A DNA stretch of 62,791 nucleotides, counting the filler, from an uncultured Methanoregulaceae archaeon (GTDB lineage Archaea; Halobacteriota; Methanomicrobia; Methanomicrobiales; Methanospirillaceae): NCBI GenBank assembly GCA_964530035.1. It is 17 parts of 17 records of this genome, joined end to end, with 100 filler letters (N's around TTAATTAATTAA, not from the genome) between each part and the next. Parts side by side here need not be neighbours in the genome. Positions count along the whole stretch, not along the records: positions 31,127 to 34,668 come from CAZGXZ010000200.1; positions 34,769 to 38,308 come from CAZGXZ010000201.1; positions 38,409 to 41,923 come from CAZGXZ010000202.1; positions 42,024 to 45,523 come from CAZGXZ010000203.1; 13 more parts are not named here. One strand, given 5' to 3'. Positions 32,331-42,477 of the stretch are shown here, in pieces; position 1 is the stretch's first letter, and each line of letters begins with the position of its first letter. Below the pieces are notes generated by a model. The model saw only the letters and a list, made by a program, of their open reading frames with translations. It was not told the DNA's origin and did not search any database. The translations under genes were made by a program, and so were the position numbers.

Positions 32331-33017
32331 TCATTTCGCCTGTTCCAATGGGATGTAGGGGAGAAGCGATAAGAGTTCCGATCGGAGCCGGTCCATGCCG
32401 GTGCGTTCCATGAACCGTGCCGTCCGCTCTCCGGGTTGTGCACGGTCCCGGTAGTACCCGGCCAGACGGGCGACGCAGTCAGCCGCGTCAACCCCGGACA
32501 GGCCCCGTGCTACCAGGTCCCCGAACCGCGGCCGCTTTCCCCCGTTCCCGCCGAAATACACGTCCCAGCCGTTTTTGCCCGCGACAACCCCGATGTCCCG
32601 TGTGTGGCTTGAACAGCAGCAGCGTTCGCAGCCCGATACCCCTACCTTGACCTTGGCAGGGAACGCCGCGTCGCTGAAATACCCTTCAAGGACCTTCGCG
32701 AGCCCTAAAGCGTCCTGCTTCGCGTACCGGCACATCCCTGTGCCGAGGCAGGCCAGAGTGAACCTGACGCACGGGGCCGTTTCCGGTCTTGCAAGGGCCC
32801 CGAGATCCGCCATGACAGCCCCCACGTCGTCCCGCCTGACCCCGGCCAGGACGACCCGCTGCCCCGAGGTCAGCTTGACCACCGGGACGCGGTACTTCCT
32901 CGCGGTCGCCGCTATCGTCTCGAGCTGCTCCGGAGTCACGACTCCGGCGGGTATCCGGGTGGACACCGCGTATGTCTTTCCGTCACCCTGGATGATGGCA
33001 CCCGTATCTCCTGGCAT
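32331..33017 (-). CDS. Nitrite/sulfite reductase-like 4Fe-4S protein (stand-alone)
   Basis: KLTSGQR, CLGTGMCRYA, KVKVGVSGCERCC, FGGNGG. Confidence 0.85.
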   Translation of the reverse strand: MPGDTGAIIQGDGKTYAVSTRIPAGVVTPEQLETIAATARKYRVPVVKLTSGQRVVLAGVRRDDVGAVMADLGALARPETAPCVRFTLACLGTGMCRYAKQDALGLAKVLEGYFSDAAFPAKVKVGVSGCERCCCSSHTRDIGVVAGKNGWDVYFGGNGGKRPRFGDLVARGLSGVDAADCVARLAGYYRDRAQPGERTARFMERTGMDRLRSELLSLLPYIPLEQAK

Positions 33018-33300
33018 ATCTCATGACACCTCTCCAGTCTGGGGGTATGCCCCCGGCGGTTTTATACTGGATCATCCCGGCCCCCCCGCTTCAGGCACGG
33101 GGCCGGCAGTCACCGTTGCAGACGGTCCCTTGAGCCCGCCAGGCCCCGGAGAGAGGAGGAATTTCGATACGTTTATCCGCCGGGGTTCCGAGTTCAGGTA
33201 CACACCCCCTGCACGGGGGACCTGAGAAAGGCGGTCGGGAAATACCTGAAAGACCGGGAGGCGCCTTTTTCTGCCACCAGTGCCTCCCGGGGAGCCTTTC

Positions 33301-34404
33301 ATGAAGGACAACCTCCTCTTCACCAGCGCCGCTGTTGTACTGCTCGTACTCTCCCTGCCCGGAGCCGCCGCAGCCGGGACATGGATACTGTCAGACCGGT
33401 TTTCAGACCACCAGATCGAGGGTGCCGGGGCCGGAGGCACTGTCATAGCTGAGGGCTCCTACGTCCCGTCGGGTGTCGGCTGGGCCGTCTCAACCCTCAG
33501 GATACCTGCGGAGGGCATATCCCTCATGTTCAGGCACGGGTGGACGGTCTCCGTCGAGGACCAGGGCTCCCGCCTCGCCCGGGCTGACAGCCCGTACCGT
33601 TTCGAAAATGAAGCATCGACCGCGGTGGAGGTCGCCGTGGCCAGCGACGAGGGGGCGCTCGACCACCTGGAGTCGCTCACCTCCGGGCAGCTCGACGGGA
33701 TGGCCTCCGTCTCCATGGCCAGTGGCACCGTGTCCGTCTCGCCGGGGGAGGGACCGCAGACAAGGGACGTCACCTGGACGGTACCTGAGGGGAAGGAAGG
33801 GAGCCACCTGGTCCTCACGCTTGGCGGTGAAGCCTCCTCGGAGGTGCTGCCCGGCACACTGGCCCCGGCCGGCGGGTCAGCCCGGCCCGCGGTCACCGGA
33901 GCCACCTTCCTGGTCTACCGGTACTCGCCCCAGGCACAGGCGGTGTCTGCAGACTGGAGCTTCGTAATCGGGGCCCTCGTCGCAGGGGGGGTCATCGGGG
34001 GGATCGCCGTCCTCCTCTTCTCGAGGCGGGGCGGAAGCCGCCAGGGGCAGGTACAGCCGCCCGCGGACGGAGACCGGCGTAAATCCGCGGACTCCCCTCA
34101 GCCCGCCCCGTCTCCTGGTAAGGGCTGCCCCTCGTGCGGAAAACCGTTTGTCCCGGGGGCAAGGTTCTGCACGGCCTGCGGGGCAGGGCTCCCGGCAACC
34201 CCTGCGGGGCAGGCCAGTCAGGCCGGTCCTGTCTGCCCTGCCTGTGGAAAGGAGTATGTGGCCGGGCGAAAGTTCTGCACGGCCTGCGGCGCGGGACTCC
34301 CCGGAGAAATGGAAAGTGGAGGAAATGCCTGCCCCTCCTGTGGCAGGCAGGTCAAACCGGGATCACAGTACTGCGCTTCGTGCGGGCGCAAAATGGGTGA
34401 ATAA
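33301..34404 (+). CDS. Single-pass membrane protein with three cytoplasmic zinc-ribbon repeats
   Basis: Signal peptide, TM FVIGALVAGGVIGGIAVLLF, and three CPxCG...[FY]CxxCG units. Confidence 0.8.
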   Translation: MKDNLLFTSAAVVLLVLSLPGAAAAGTWILSDRFSDHQIEGAGAGGTVIAEGSYVPSGVGWAVSTLRIPAEGISLMFRHGWTVSVEDQGSRLARADSPYRFENEASTAVEVAVASDEGALDHLESLTSGQLDGMASVSMASGTVSVSPGEGPQTRDVTWTVPEGKEGSHLVLTLGGEASSEVLPGTLAPAGGSARPAVTGATFLVYRYSPQAQAVSADWSFVIGALVAGGVIGGIAVLLFSRRGGSRQGQVQPPADGDRRKSADSPQPAPSPGKGCPSCGKPFVPGARFCTACGAGLPATPAGQASQAGPVCPACGKEYVAGRKFCTACGAGLPGEMESGGNACPSCGRQVKPGSQYCASCGRKMGE

Positions 34405-34415
34405 TAGATTTTTCC

Positions 34416-34668
34416 GGCTCTGGTGAGATCCTATGATTGGAATTGCGGCTGATGGAGGGCTCTCCTCATAGGCTAAATAAAAGTGAAGAGAGAGAAGATT
34501 TTAATGGAACTAAAATCTCATTTTTCGCATAATTCTTCCTTGCCTGACATAATTAGCCGGTAATCTGAATGATTGAAGAAATGGGATCTGAAATTTTTCA
34601 GGCGTTTTTGAATACTTCCAGACCGCTCCGAATAACTGTAGCCTCTCCTTTCCCGATATCCTGTAAAC
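34416..34668 (-). mobile_element. MITE-like repeat, copy D (right part, at contig end)
   Basis: Reverse complement of 65-317; starts GGCTCTGGTGAGATCCT. Confidence 0.87.
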
Positions 34669-35001
34669 NNNNNNNNNNNNNNNNNNNNNNNNNNNNNNNN
34701 NNNNNNNNNNNNTTAATTAATTAANNNNNNNNNNNNNNNNNNNNNNNNNNNNNNNNNNNNNNNNNNNNTCCACCCGGCGGCCCCTGGCTCATCAATCGCC
34801 TCTCAGGTCGGGCCGGGCAGGACGATAATATCACAAAACGAGGAGTTTGTGCCGCAAATCTCCTTGATTCTTCTGGAATTTGTCTAATGCAAAGAAAGGT
34901 ACCAGATGAAAATGTTCTATGTCAAGGAAAAATAAGGGGAAAGGCCGCGTGCGCGAAAGGGGACGGACAAGGGTCCTCATCCCGCGCACACGGGCGCGAT
35001 A

Positions 35002-35574
35002 TCAGTAGTTCTCAGCCAGGACCTCGTAGTACGCCTGCGGGTGGTCGCACGCCGGGCAGGGGTCAGGGGCCTCGGCCCCCTCATACACGTAGCCGCAGTT
35101 CCTGCAGTACCATTTCGAGGGGACGTCCTTTTTAAAGACCTCGCCGCGTTCCAGGTTCGCCAGGAGTGTCCTGAACCGCTTCTCGTGGTGGGCCTCGACC
35201 GTGGCGATGCTTTTAAACAGGTTTGCGATCTCCGTGAAACCTTCCTCTCCGGCCACCTTCGCAAAACCCGGGTAGAGAGAACCCCACTCCATCTTCTCGC
35301 CGTTTGCAGCCGCTTCGAGGTTCTGCACGGTCGTCCCGATGACTCCCGCGGGGTACGCGGCGGTGATCTCCACCTCGCCCCCTTTCAGCTGCTTAAAGAA
35401 CAGCTTTGCATGTTCACGTTCTTCCTCGGCCGTCTGGAGGAACAGGGCACCGATTTGCTCGTACCCCTCCTTCTTCGCAGCGCTTGCAAAAAAACTGTAC
35501 CGGTTCCGGGCCTGGGACTCGCCCGCAAATGCCGCAAGGACGTTTTTCTCCGTCCTGCTCCCCTTGAAGTCCAT
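35002..35574 (-). CDS. rbr: Rubrerythrin
   Basis: AFAGESQARNRY, EEREHA, EAHHE, and C-terminal CRNCGY...CPACDHP. Confidence 0.95.
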   Translation of the reverse strand: MDFKGSRTEKNVLAAFAGESQARNRYSFFASAAKKEGYEQIGALFLQTAEEEREHAKLFFKQLKGGEVEITAAYPAGVIGTTVQNLEAAANGEKMEWGSLYPGFAKVAGEEGFTEIANLFKSIATVEAHHEKRFRTLLANLERGEVFKKDVPSKWYCRNCGYVYEGAEAPDPCPACDHPQAYYEVLAENY

Positions 35575-35641
35575 GGGTCGGTTCACACCTCGGCGAGAAC
35601 GTTCTCTCCGATAGGCCTTGAACCCTCCGGTGACGGTCTGG

Positions 35642-36616
35642 TCAGGATGGCGGTATACCCTGCGGGGAAGGCCGGTCAAGCCCAGCGAGGAGCCGAACCT
35701 GCTCCCGGGTCTCTGCCGGAGTCCCGGTCGTGTTCACGGTGAACATCCAGGTCCTTGCAAGGAGCTCCCCGATGAACCGGTTTCTCATGGCGGTCTTTCG
35801 TCCGTCCCGGACCAGCAGGTGCGGGTTGTAATAATCATTCCGCTCAAAGAGGGCGGCCCCGTCCGCCGGGCTCATGGGTGTGACCACCTCCGGGTCCTCA
35901 TGGTCGCGTTTCAGGACGACGACCGTGCGGAGCGTCGTCAGGGGCAGGAGCCGGCCCTTCCCGAGCACCCACCTCAGGTCTGCGACCGCCCTGCCGTCCG
36001 CATCGTACCCGCGGTCGTCCACGAGGTCAGAAAACCCTTCCCAGGTCGTCGCGAGGTCCTTCCGGATGTAGAAATTCCTCTCCGACCCATATGCGAGGAT
36101 GTCCTGGCCGAAGACCCGGGCGAAGAACCAGTCGTCGGCGACCACCCTGACCCCGGGGTCGGTGAGGAGCCCGTAGGTCTGCGTCGTCTTGCCCGCCCCC
36201 GAAGCCCCGGCCATGCATAATCCCCTTCCGCGTACATCGACACAGGCACCGTGGACCGAGAAGATGCCGTGCTCGTCCTCGAGGATGTCGCCTGCACAGC
36301 TCAGGGCAAGGGACTTTACCCACCCGTAGTACGAGACGTTGAGGAGGAACAGCGTCTTTGAGTACGCGTCGTACATCACGGTGTCTGGCGGGTGTCCCGG
36401 GTCCTTCAGGACAAAGAGCCTCCCGTGCGACCTGACGTTCTGGGACATCGAAAAAAAGTTTTCCTCCCAGGTGTCGCGGACCACCCGGTCGTCGGTGATG
36501 AGCTTGATGCAGCAGCCGTAGATCTCGGACTTGACCTCGTACCTGGCTTTATCCAGGTAAATCCGCGCGATTTGGTCCTTCTCGTCCGGGGTGACAGGGG
36601 CAACCGTGTAGGGCAT
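35642..36616 (-). CDS. HprK/PEPCK-like P-loop kinase of unknown function
   Basis: VHGAC, GASGAGKTT, VADDW. Confidence 0.75.
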   Translation of the reverse strand: MPYTVAPVTPDEKDQIARIYLDKARYEVKSEIYGCCIKLITDDRVVRDTWEENFFSMSQNVRSHGRLFVLKDPGHPPDTVMYDAYSKTLFLLNVSYYGWVKSLALSCAGDILEDEHGIFSVHGACVDVRGRGLCMAGASGAGKTTQTYGLLTDPGVRVVADDWFFARVFGQDILAYGSERNFYIRKDLATTWEGFSDLVDDRGYDADGRAVADLRWVLGKGRLLPLTTLRTVVVLKRDHEDPEVVTPMSPADGAALFERNDYYNPHLLVRDGRKTAMRNRFIGELLARTWMFTVNTTGTPAETREQVRLLAGLDRPSPQGIPPS

Positions 36617-36694
36617 GGTACCAGTGATGTAGTGCTGTCCCCTCATAACAGGAACCCGGGGCCCATCCCCTTGGAGACTCCATGGCCGGTCCCC

Positions 36695-38308
36695 TCACGG
36701 CGGAAAGGCTGGCGCAGGGGTCTTCGTGTGGCAGGCTTCTTTCGGTACCGTTATCACGAACCTCGCCCCCACGCCGGGCACACCTAATTCGTGGATCGTG
36801 ATCCCGGTGATACCCAGGATCTCACGGGCGAGGAACAGCCCGAGGCCGGTGTTCTTCCCGTACCCATGCTCGAAAATACGCTCCTTTTCATCGGGCGGGA
36901 CACCCACGCCGTCGTCCTCGCACATAACCTCCAAGTGGTCCCCTTTATCCTCGGCCGAGAACACGACCCGGGTGACCTTCTCACCGTGCCTGGCGGCGTT
37001 ATCAAGGAGGTTTCCGAGCACTTGGGCGATGAGCGGGTCTGCATACACTGAAATCCCAGGCGGGACCCGGTTTTCAACGGATACCGTGCCTGACCTCACA
37101 TCGTCTGCGGCCGATGACACCAGGGCCCGGACCTCGTGCCACACGGGCGCCTGTACGCCGAACTGCTGGTACCCCTTGGTGAACGCAATCATCCGGGAGA
37201 TCTTCCCGCCGGCGTCATCGGCTTTTTCCAGGTAGGTACTTATGGGCTGGGTTGTCCCCGCCTGGTCCCGGGCGAGGCCGAGGTACCCCTGCATCACGGT
37301 CAGCTGGTTGTTGACATCATGCCTGGTGATGGAGGTGAGGAGGTTCAGCTTGGCGTTGGCAGCCCTGACCGAGACCTCGGCTCTTTTCAGGTCAGTGATA
37401 TCGGTGAGGACGTTCAGGGTGGCGGGCGCACCTTCGTAGATGATCCGGGCACCGGTCACGAGCAGCGTGCGGTTCTCACCGTCCTTCGTCATGACCTCTA
37501 TCCCGTATTTCCCGACCTCCTCCCCGGCCGCCCGCCCTTCAATCGCCCGCTCCACAACGTCCCTGTATTCTGGCCTGATGAAGGTGGAGACATCCCGTCC
37601 GAGGAACTCCTCCCGTGCATACCCGAGCTGGGCTGCCGCCGTCGAGTTGATGTACAGGATGGAACCGTCCCGGTGGACGAGGATATAGTCAGGGAGCTGG
37701 TCAACAAGCGTCCTGTACCGCTCCTCGCTCTCCCTCAGGGCGTTTTCTGCACGCTTTCTTGCGGTGATGTCCTGCAGCTTGATGATAGAGGTCTCTGGCC
37801 CGCCGGACCGGGACGGGATCGTGTCCATCTCCATGAGATAGACGTGCTCCCCGCCTCCGGCAACCAGTTCCACATGGCCTGGGTCCTTCGTGCAGCAGAA
37901 GGTGAACAGCCCCGGGAGGGGGCTGAATACCTGGTCGGCAGGCTTTCCATAAGCATCCCGGGCGGTCGTCCCGAGGAGGGTGCATGCCGCGGGGTTCATA
38001 TCCACGACCCTGCGCCTGGCATCAAGGATGACCAGCGGGCTCGTCATCCCTTCTATGACCCGGTCACGGGCCACGGGGACGATCTCGAAGAACTTCCCCG
38101 GGTACAACACCCAGATGTAGAGCACCGCCGGGACCCAGAAGAAGATCGTTGTAAAGTTGACCCCCGGAACCGGGCCCAGGTGAAGTTCATACATGATGTT
38201 CGGGACCACGGGGAGCAACAGGGCGGTGATGAAGACCGCACGCTGGAAAAGAAAGTAGGGCTGACGGGGCCTGTTCACGACCAGGAGCAGTCCCAGGACG
38301 GTAAGGAG
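36695..38308 (-). CDS. Membrane PAS-PAS sensor histidine kinase (5' truncated)
   Basis: TM segments, two PAS domains, H-box SITRHDVNNQL, NLLDNA, DDGVG, GLGLFL. Confidence 0.9.
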   Translation of the reverse strand, partial: LLTVLGLLLVVNRPRQPYFLFQRAVFITALLLPVVPNIMYELHLGPVPGVNFTTIFFWVPAVLYIWVLYPGKFFEIVPVARDRVIEGMTSPLVILDARRRVVDMNPAACTLLGTTARDAYGKPADQVFSPLPGLFTFCCTKDPGHVELVAGGGEHVYLMEMDTIPSRSGGPETSIIKLQDITARKRAENALRESEERYRTLVDQLPDYILVHRDGSILYINSTAAAQLGYAREEFLGRDVSTFIRPEYRDVVERAIEGRAAGEEVGKYGIEVMTKDGENRTLLVTGARIIYEGAPATLNVLTDITDLKRAEVSVRAANAKLNLLTSITRHDVNNQLTVMQGYLGLARDQAGTTQPISTYLEKADDAGGKISRMIAFTKGYQQFGVQAPVWHEVRALVSSAADDVRSGTVSVENRVPPGISVYADPLIAQVLGNLLDNAARHGEKVTRVVFSAEDKGDHLEVMCEDDGVGVPPDEKERIFEHGYGKNTGLGLFLAREILGITGITIHELGVPGVGARFVITVPKEACHTKTPAPAFPP

Positions 38309-38408
38309 NNNNNNNNNNNNNNNNNNNNNNNNNNNNNNNNNNNNNNNNNNNNTTAATTAATTAANNNNNNNNNNNNNNNNNNNNNNNNNNNNNNNNNNNN
38401 NNNNNNNN

Positions 38409-39154
38409 ATATCGCCACCCTCCAGGGGCAGAAGGTCGCCATCTCGATCGACCGGGACAACACCGAGCGGAAGAACGCGGAGAAGGCGATCATGGCGGTC
38501 AATGACAAGCTGACCATGCTCAACAGCATCACCCGGCATGATATCCTCAACCAGCTCTCGATCCTCAGGGCATACCTCACCCTGGCCCGGGAACGGACAC
38601 AGGACCCCGCCCTCCTCCAGAACCTCGGGAAGGGGGAGCACGTCGCCGACGTCATACAGTGGCAGATCGAGTTCACCCGGAACTACCAGGACATCGGGGC
38701 CCAGAAACCACGGTGGCTGGACCTCCGGGCCGCGGTCGACTCGGCGATACACCAGTTAAAACCCATCGGCATGGAGATCACCTGTACTGTGCAGGACGTG
38801 GAGATATTCGCCGACCCGATACTCGGGAAGGTCTTCTACAGCCTCATGGAGAACTCGCTTTTCCACGGGGAGCACGGGACCCGGATCGACATCTCCGCGG
38901 CTGAAACGAAAAACGGGCTTGTCATCGTCTACGAAGACAACGGTGTCGGCATCCCCCCCGGTGAAAAGGAGAAACTCTTCCTGAAAGGGTACGGGAAGCA
39001 CACAGGGCTCGGACTCTTTCTTTCCCGGGAGATCCTGTCCATCACCGGCATCACGATCCATGAGAACGGCCAGTACGGAAAGGGCGCCCGGTTCGAGATA
39101 ACCGTCCCGGGCGGGTCGTACCGGTTCGTGCAGCGGGAGCGTCCGGTCCAATAG
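38409..39154 (+). CDS. Sensor histidine kinase, C-terminal part (5' truncated)
   Basis: SITRHDILNQL, LMENS, DNGVG, GLGLFL. Confidence 0.9.
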
Positions 39155-39319
39155 GCAGGCAACCCGTCTCCCTGCCTCTTCTGGACCCGGGTCACATCCG
39201 GGTGACCGCCCAAATGGTGTTTCCCCATATTTCTGCCCTGGACAGGATGGTTCCCCGGGGACGACAAGGCTTTCACCTCCGCCCCCCCATCACCCACATC
39301 CACAAACGGAGAAAGGAAA

Positions 39320-39919
39320 ATGGAGTTTGCAGACATCGTCATGAAACGGTATGCGACCAAGCGGTTCGACGGACGGAAGGTCCCTGAGGAAACGATCAAC
39401 CAGCTCCTGGACCTGGTCCGGTACGCACCCTCGGCCCTCAACCTGCAGCCCTGGAGGATACGGGTCGTGACCGACCAGGCAACAAAGGAACAGCTGAAAC
39501 CGGCGGCGTTTGGGCAGGAACAGGTAACGACCTGTTCGCACCTCCTCGTGTTCTGTGCCGACCCGGACTACGACGGCCTCATCAAAAAGCTCGGCGTCCT
39601 CCTTGCCACCAGCAAGGTCCCCGAGGAAATCAGCGGCATGGTCCTCGGGATGGCAAGGGACTTCACGAAACCGATGAACGCCGAGCAGCGTCTCGGCTGG
39701 TCCCGGGCCCAGACCTACCTCGCCCTTGGAAATGCCCTGAACGGGGCGAAATCGCTCGGCCTTGACTCGTGCCCGATGGGCGGCTTCGACCCGGCCGAAT
39801 TCGCCCGAATCCTGAAGATCCCGGCTCCCCTCGTCCCGGTCATGCTCTGCCCGGTGGGGTACGCAGCTGACACCCCGATGCCGAAGGTCAGGTACTCCCG
39901 CGAGGAGATCCTGGTCTGA
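39320..39919 (+). CDS. Nitroreductase family protein
   Basis: RYATKRF, APSALNLQPW, DSCPMGGFD. Confidence 0.92.
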   Translation: MEFADIVMKRYATKRFDGRKVPEETINQLLDLVRYAPSALNLQPWRIRVVTDQATKEQLKPAAFGQEQVTTCSHLLVFCADPDYDGLIKKLGVLLATSKVPEEISGMVLGMARDFTKPMNAEQRLGWSRAQTYLALGNALNGAKSLGLDSCPMGGFDPAEFARILKIPAPLVPVMLCPVGYAADTPMPKVRYSREEILV

Positions 39920-40272
39920 AGCGGGGAATTATTTCTTTTTCACAAGAGTAATTTTACAGGAATCCTGGGTTTCAAAAGGAGATACTATTAAAAACGGTCC
40001 CCGGGACTTTTTCCGGCCTTAAATAACTCTTATGCTGCCTCCGCTTCATGTTGATTCTTAGTCATCAAATGTTGAATGAAATTCAACACCCTGTGGAGTA
40101 TAGGGTGGTTCAAAAGGAAGCTATCTTCCCATTCTTGACATGACCTGATTGCATCGAGATCCGTGTCCCCCCCTCGTGATCACTATCTTCAATAGCCTTT
40201 CTCATCCCCCGATGAACCCTGTTGAAATAAAAAAATCGGATGGTTGTTATACATGGGCTCCGTACATCAGGT

Positions 40273-41196
40273 ATGCTGAGCATCAAGGGTGTCACGGTTC
40301 CTTTTTTAGTGATAGTGGCATTTCTGGCGGTTAGTTCCATTTCTGGCTGCACGAGTACGAGTTCTTCCACGAATGAGCCGGGTACGGTTCCGGACGCGGC
40401 ATCCGTCATGGGTGGGGGGGGAACAGACCCGGTGGACCTGGTAAACGAGGCGTGGTCCCTCAACGCACAGGAAAAGTTTTCCGAGGCCAACACCCTCCTC
40501 GACAGGGCGTCCAGCCTTGACCCCTCCACACCCGGCCTCGCGTTCAACCGCGGCTGGGCTCTCACCGGGCTCGGACGGTACAACGAAGCACTGACCGCCC
40601 TCGACCAGGCGCTGGCAGAAAACCCGGGTTCCGCAATATCGTGGTCCAACAAGGGGTATGCCCTGGCACACCTCGGCAGGTGCGAGGAAGCGAAAACGGC
40701 ATACATGAGGGCCCACGACCTGGAACCCACCAACCGTGCCATCATGAGCAGTCTCAACTCGATAGGGTCGCACTGCTCCCGTACCGTGACCGTGCCACCG
40801 ACGACCGCACCCATAACCACCAGGCCTGTTGCGCAGACGACGACAAAAAGGACAACGGGTACATTGAGCGCTGCAGACCTCGGAACGGTCTGGACGGTCA
40901 GGGAGAAGGACGTCTTTGTGATGAAGGAACTTCCCGGTGCCGGCAATTTCGAAGGGACATGGACACGAAGACCAGGGACGGATACCTTCGATGCCAGGAT
41001 GACCGGAGGCGTGGTAAGCGGTGCTCCCCGGGATGATGTTATTGACATCGTCTCGGTTACCGGGAATACAATCGTCATGTACAGCCATGACATCAACGGG
41101 CAGTACACCGGAACGATTTCGCCGGATGGAAAGAGCATTAACGGAAAGGGTGACTGGTACGAACCGACGGGAACATGGACGGTGACCATAGCATGA
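40273..41196 (+). CDS. TPR-repeat lipoprotein with C-terminal beta domain
   Basis: Lipobox ISGC, TPRs (FNRGWAL..LGRYNEAL, WSNKGYAL..LGR.EEA) and a Thr-rich linker. Start may be 40240. Confidence 0.8.
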   Translation: MLSIKGVTVPFLVIVAFLAVSSISGCTSTSSSTNEPGTVPDAASVMGGGGTDPVDLVNEAWSLNAQEKFSEANTLLDRASSLDPSTPGLAFNRGWALTGLGRYNEALTALDQALAENPGSAISWSNKGYALAHLGRCEEAKTAYMRAHDLEPTNRAIMSSLNSIGSHCSRTVTVPPTTAPITTRPVAQTTTKRTTGTLSAADLGTVWTVREKDVFVMKELPGAGNFEGTWTRRPGTDTFDARMTGGVVSGAPRDDVIDIVSVTGNTIVMYSHDINGQYTGTISPDGKSINGKGDWYEPTGTWTVTIA

Positions 41197-41263
41197 CACG
41201 GATCCAGAGGTTTGGTTCGATGAAACGCATCGGCGAAATTATGGTAAAAGAAGGGAGACTGCC

Positions 41264-41923
41264 ATGACCACTTCCGGGTTTCCCTGTTGTCACAGGCAGT
41301 GCATAGTGGTCGTTTTCTTAACCCTGGTCCTGGCCGGGCTTCTCATTGCCCCGGTTGCAGCCGCCGGAGATACAGACGTACGGGATCTTAAGCCGGCTCC
41401 TCCAGGTACCCCTGCCGTGATGTACTACCAGGATTTTGCCAAGACCCTGCGGGACACTCATCCCGAACTGAAGACCATGCCGGAGATGGAGAAGGCAAAA
41501 TTTGCTTTCAGCGCGTATTCAAAGGAATTACGGAGGGTGAACGGGATCTGGGTCAATTCAAACCTGGTCGACAGGTCCTACCAGGGAGGGGAGCACACCT
41601 GCGTCTGGCATACCGAGAACCTGCAAAAAATAATGCGGATACTCGGGGTCAAAGAGGTCCACAGTATTCTTGCGGATAAGAATTCCTGGAATTTCCTTGA
41701 TGTCAACAGGAATCACCATGCGGTCATGGTCATTATTGACGGGAAACAGTACGTTTTCGACATCTGGAAAATGGCAGTAGACAACCACGGGATGTACAAG
41801 GACCAGGATGCAGGTTCTGATCGGTACAACGGCATGCCCATCGAGGACTGGGACCTCATCATGAGAAACCTTGACTATGTCAGGTTTATGGGGGACTCGG
41901 AAACCGTCGACCCCAATAAGGAC
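41264..41923 (+). CDS. Secreted hypothetical protein with possible Cys-His-Asp triad (3' truncated)
   Basis: Signal peptide; HTCVWH...NHHAVMV...YVFDIW. Confidence 0.65.
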
Positions 41924-42023
41924 NNNNNNNNNNNNNNNNNNNNNNNNNNNNNNNNNNNNNNNNNNNNTTAATTAATTAANNNNNNNNNNNNNNNNNNNNN
42001 NNNNNNNNNNNNNNNNNNNNNNN

Positions 42024-42471
42024 AAGCACCTTCACCTTGCGTTGTATTCAGGTTCGGACCTTTCTGCGGAGTAAGCGATCTTGAAATAACTGTCCCAACT
42101 TGAGGTTCACTGAGCTTACTCAGATAAATTTCAACCTTGTCAAGGTTGAACGCGTCACCCCCATTATGCTGGAAAATCACGTAGATATCCGCTGCTGCAT
42201 TCGATGCCCCCTGGTCTGGTTGCAAGAGACCCTGGCCCCAAACATTTGTAGCTGGTGCGGGTGGCGGGAAGTGAGTTGCAACGGTGTCCCTGACACCATT
42301 AATGACAAATTCAGTTGCAGTAACAGATGCCTGGGGCACCTTCTGCTGGCTCCCGGCAAGTCCCCCGGCAAAACCGCTCACAATGGCAGCGATAATAATG
42401 GTCACGACCAGCATGAGCAGCACGCCCACAACGGGCGACACTGCATGATCCTTGTTAATCATATGTATCAT
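42024..42471 (-). CDS. Archaeal type IV pilin-like protein (DUF1628/Pilin_N), 3' truncated
   Basis: AVSPVVGVLLMLVVTIIIAA class III signal; FQHNGGD. Confidence 0.88.
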
Positions 42472-42477
42472 GGTCCA

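Noticed and set aside
33041..33054. GGGGGTATGCCCCC hairpin identical to part of repeat copy A
   Set aside because: Only 14 nt of low complexity, with no flanking similarity.
37136..38356. Long antisense ORFs (also 13572-14516, 40110-41189, 60409-61149, 61047-61775)
   Set aside because: Shadow frames of GC-rich genes that have clear motifs on the other strand.
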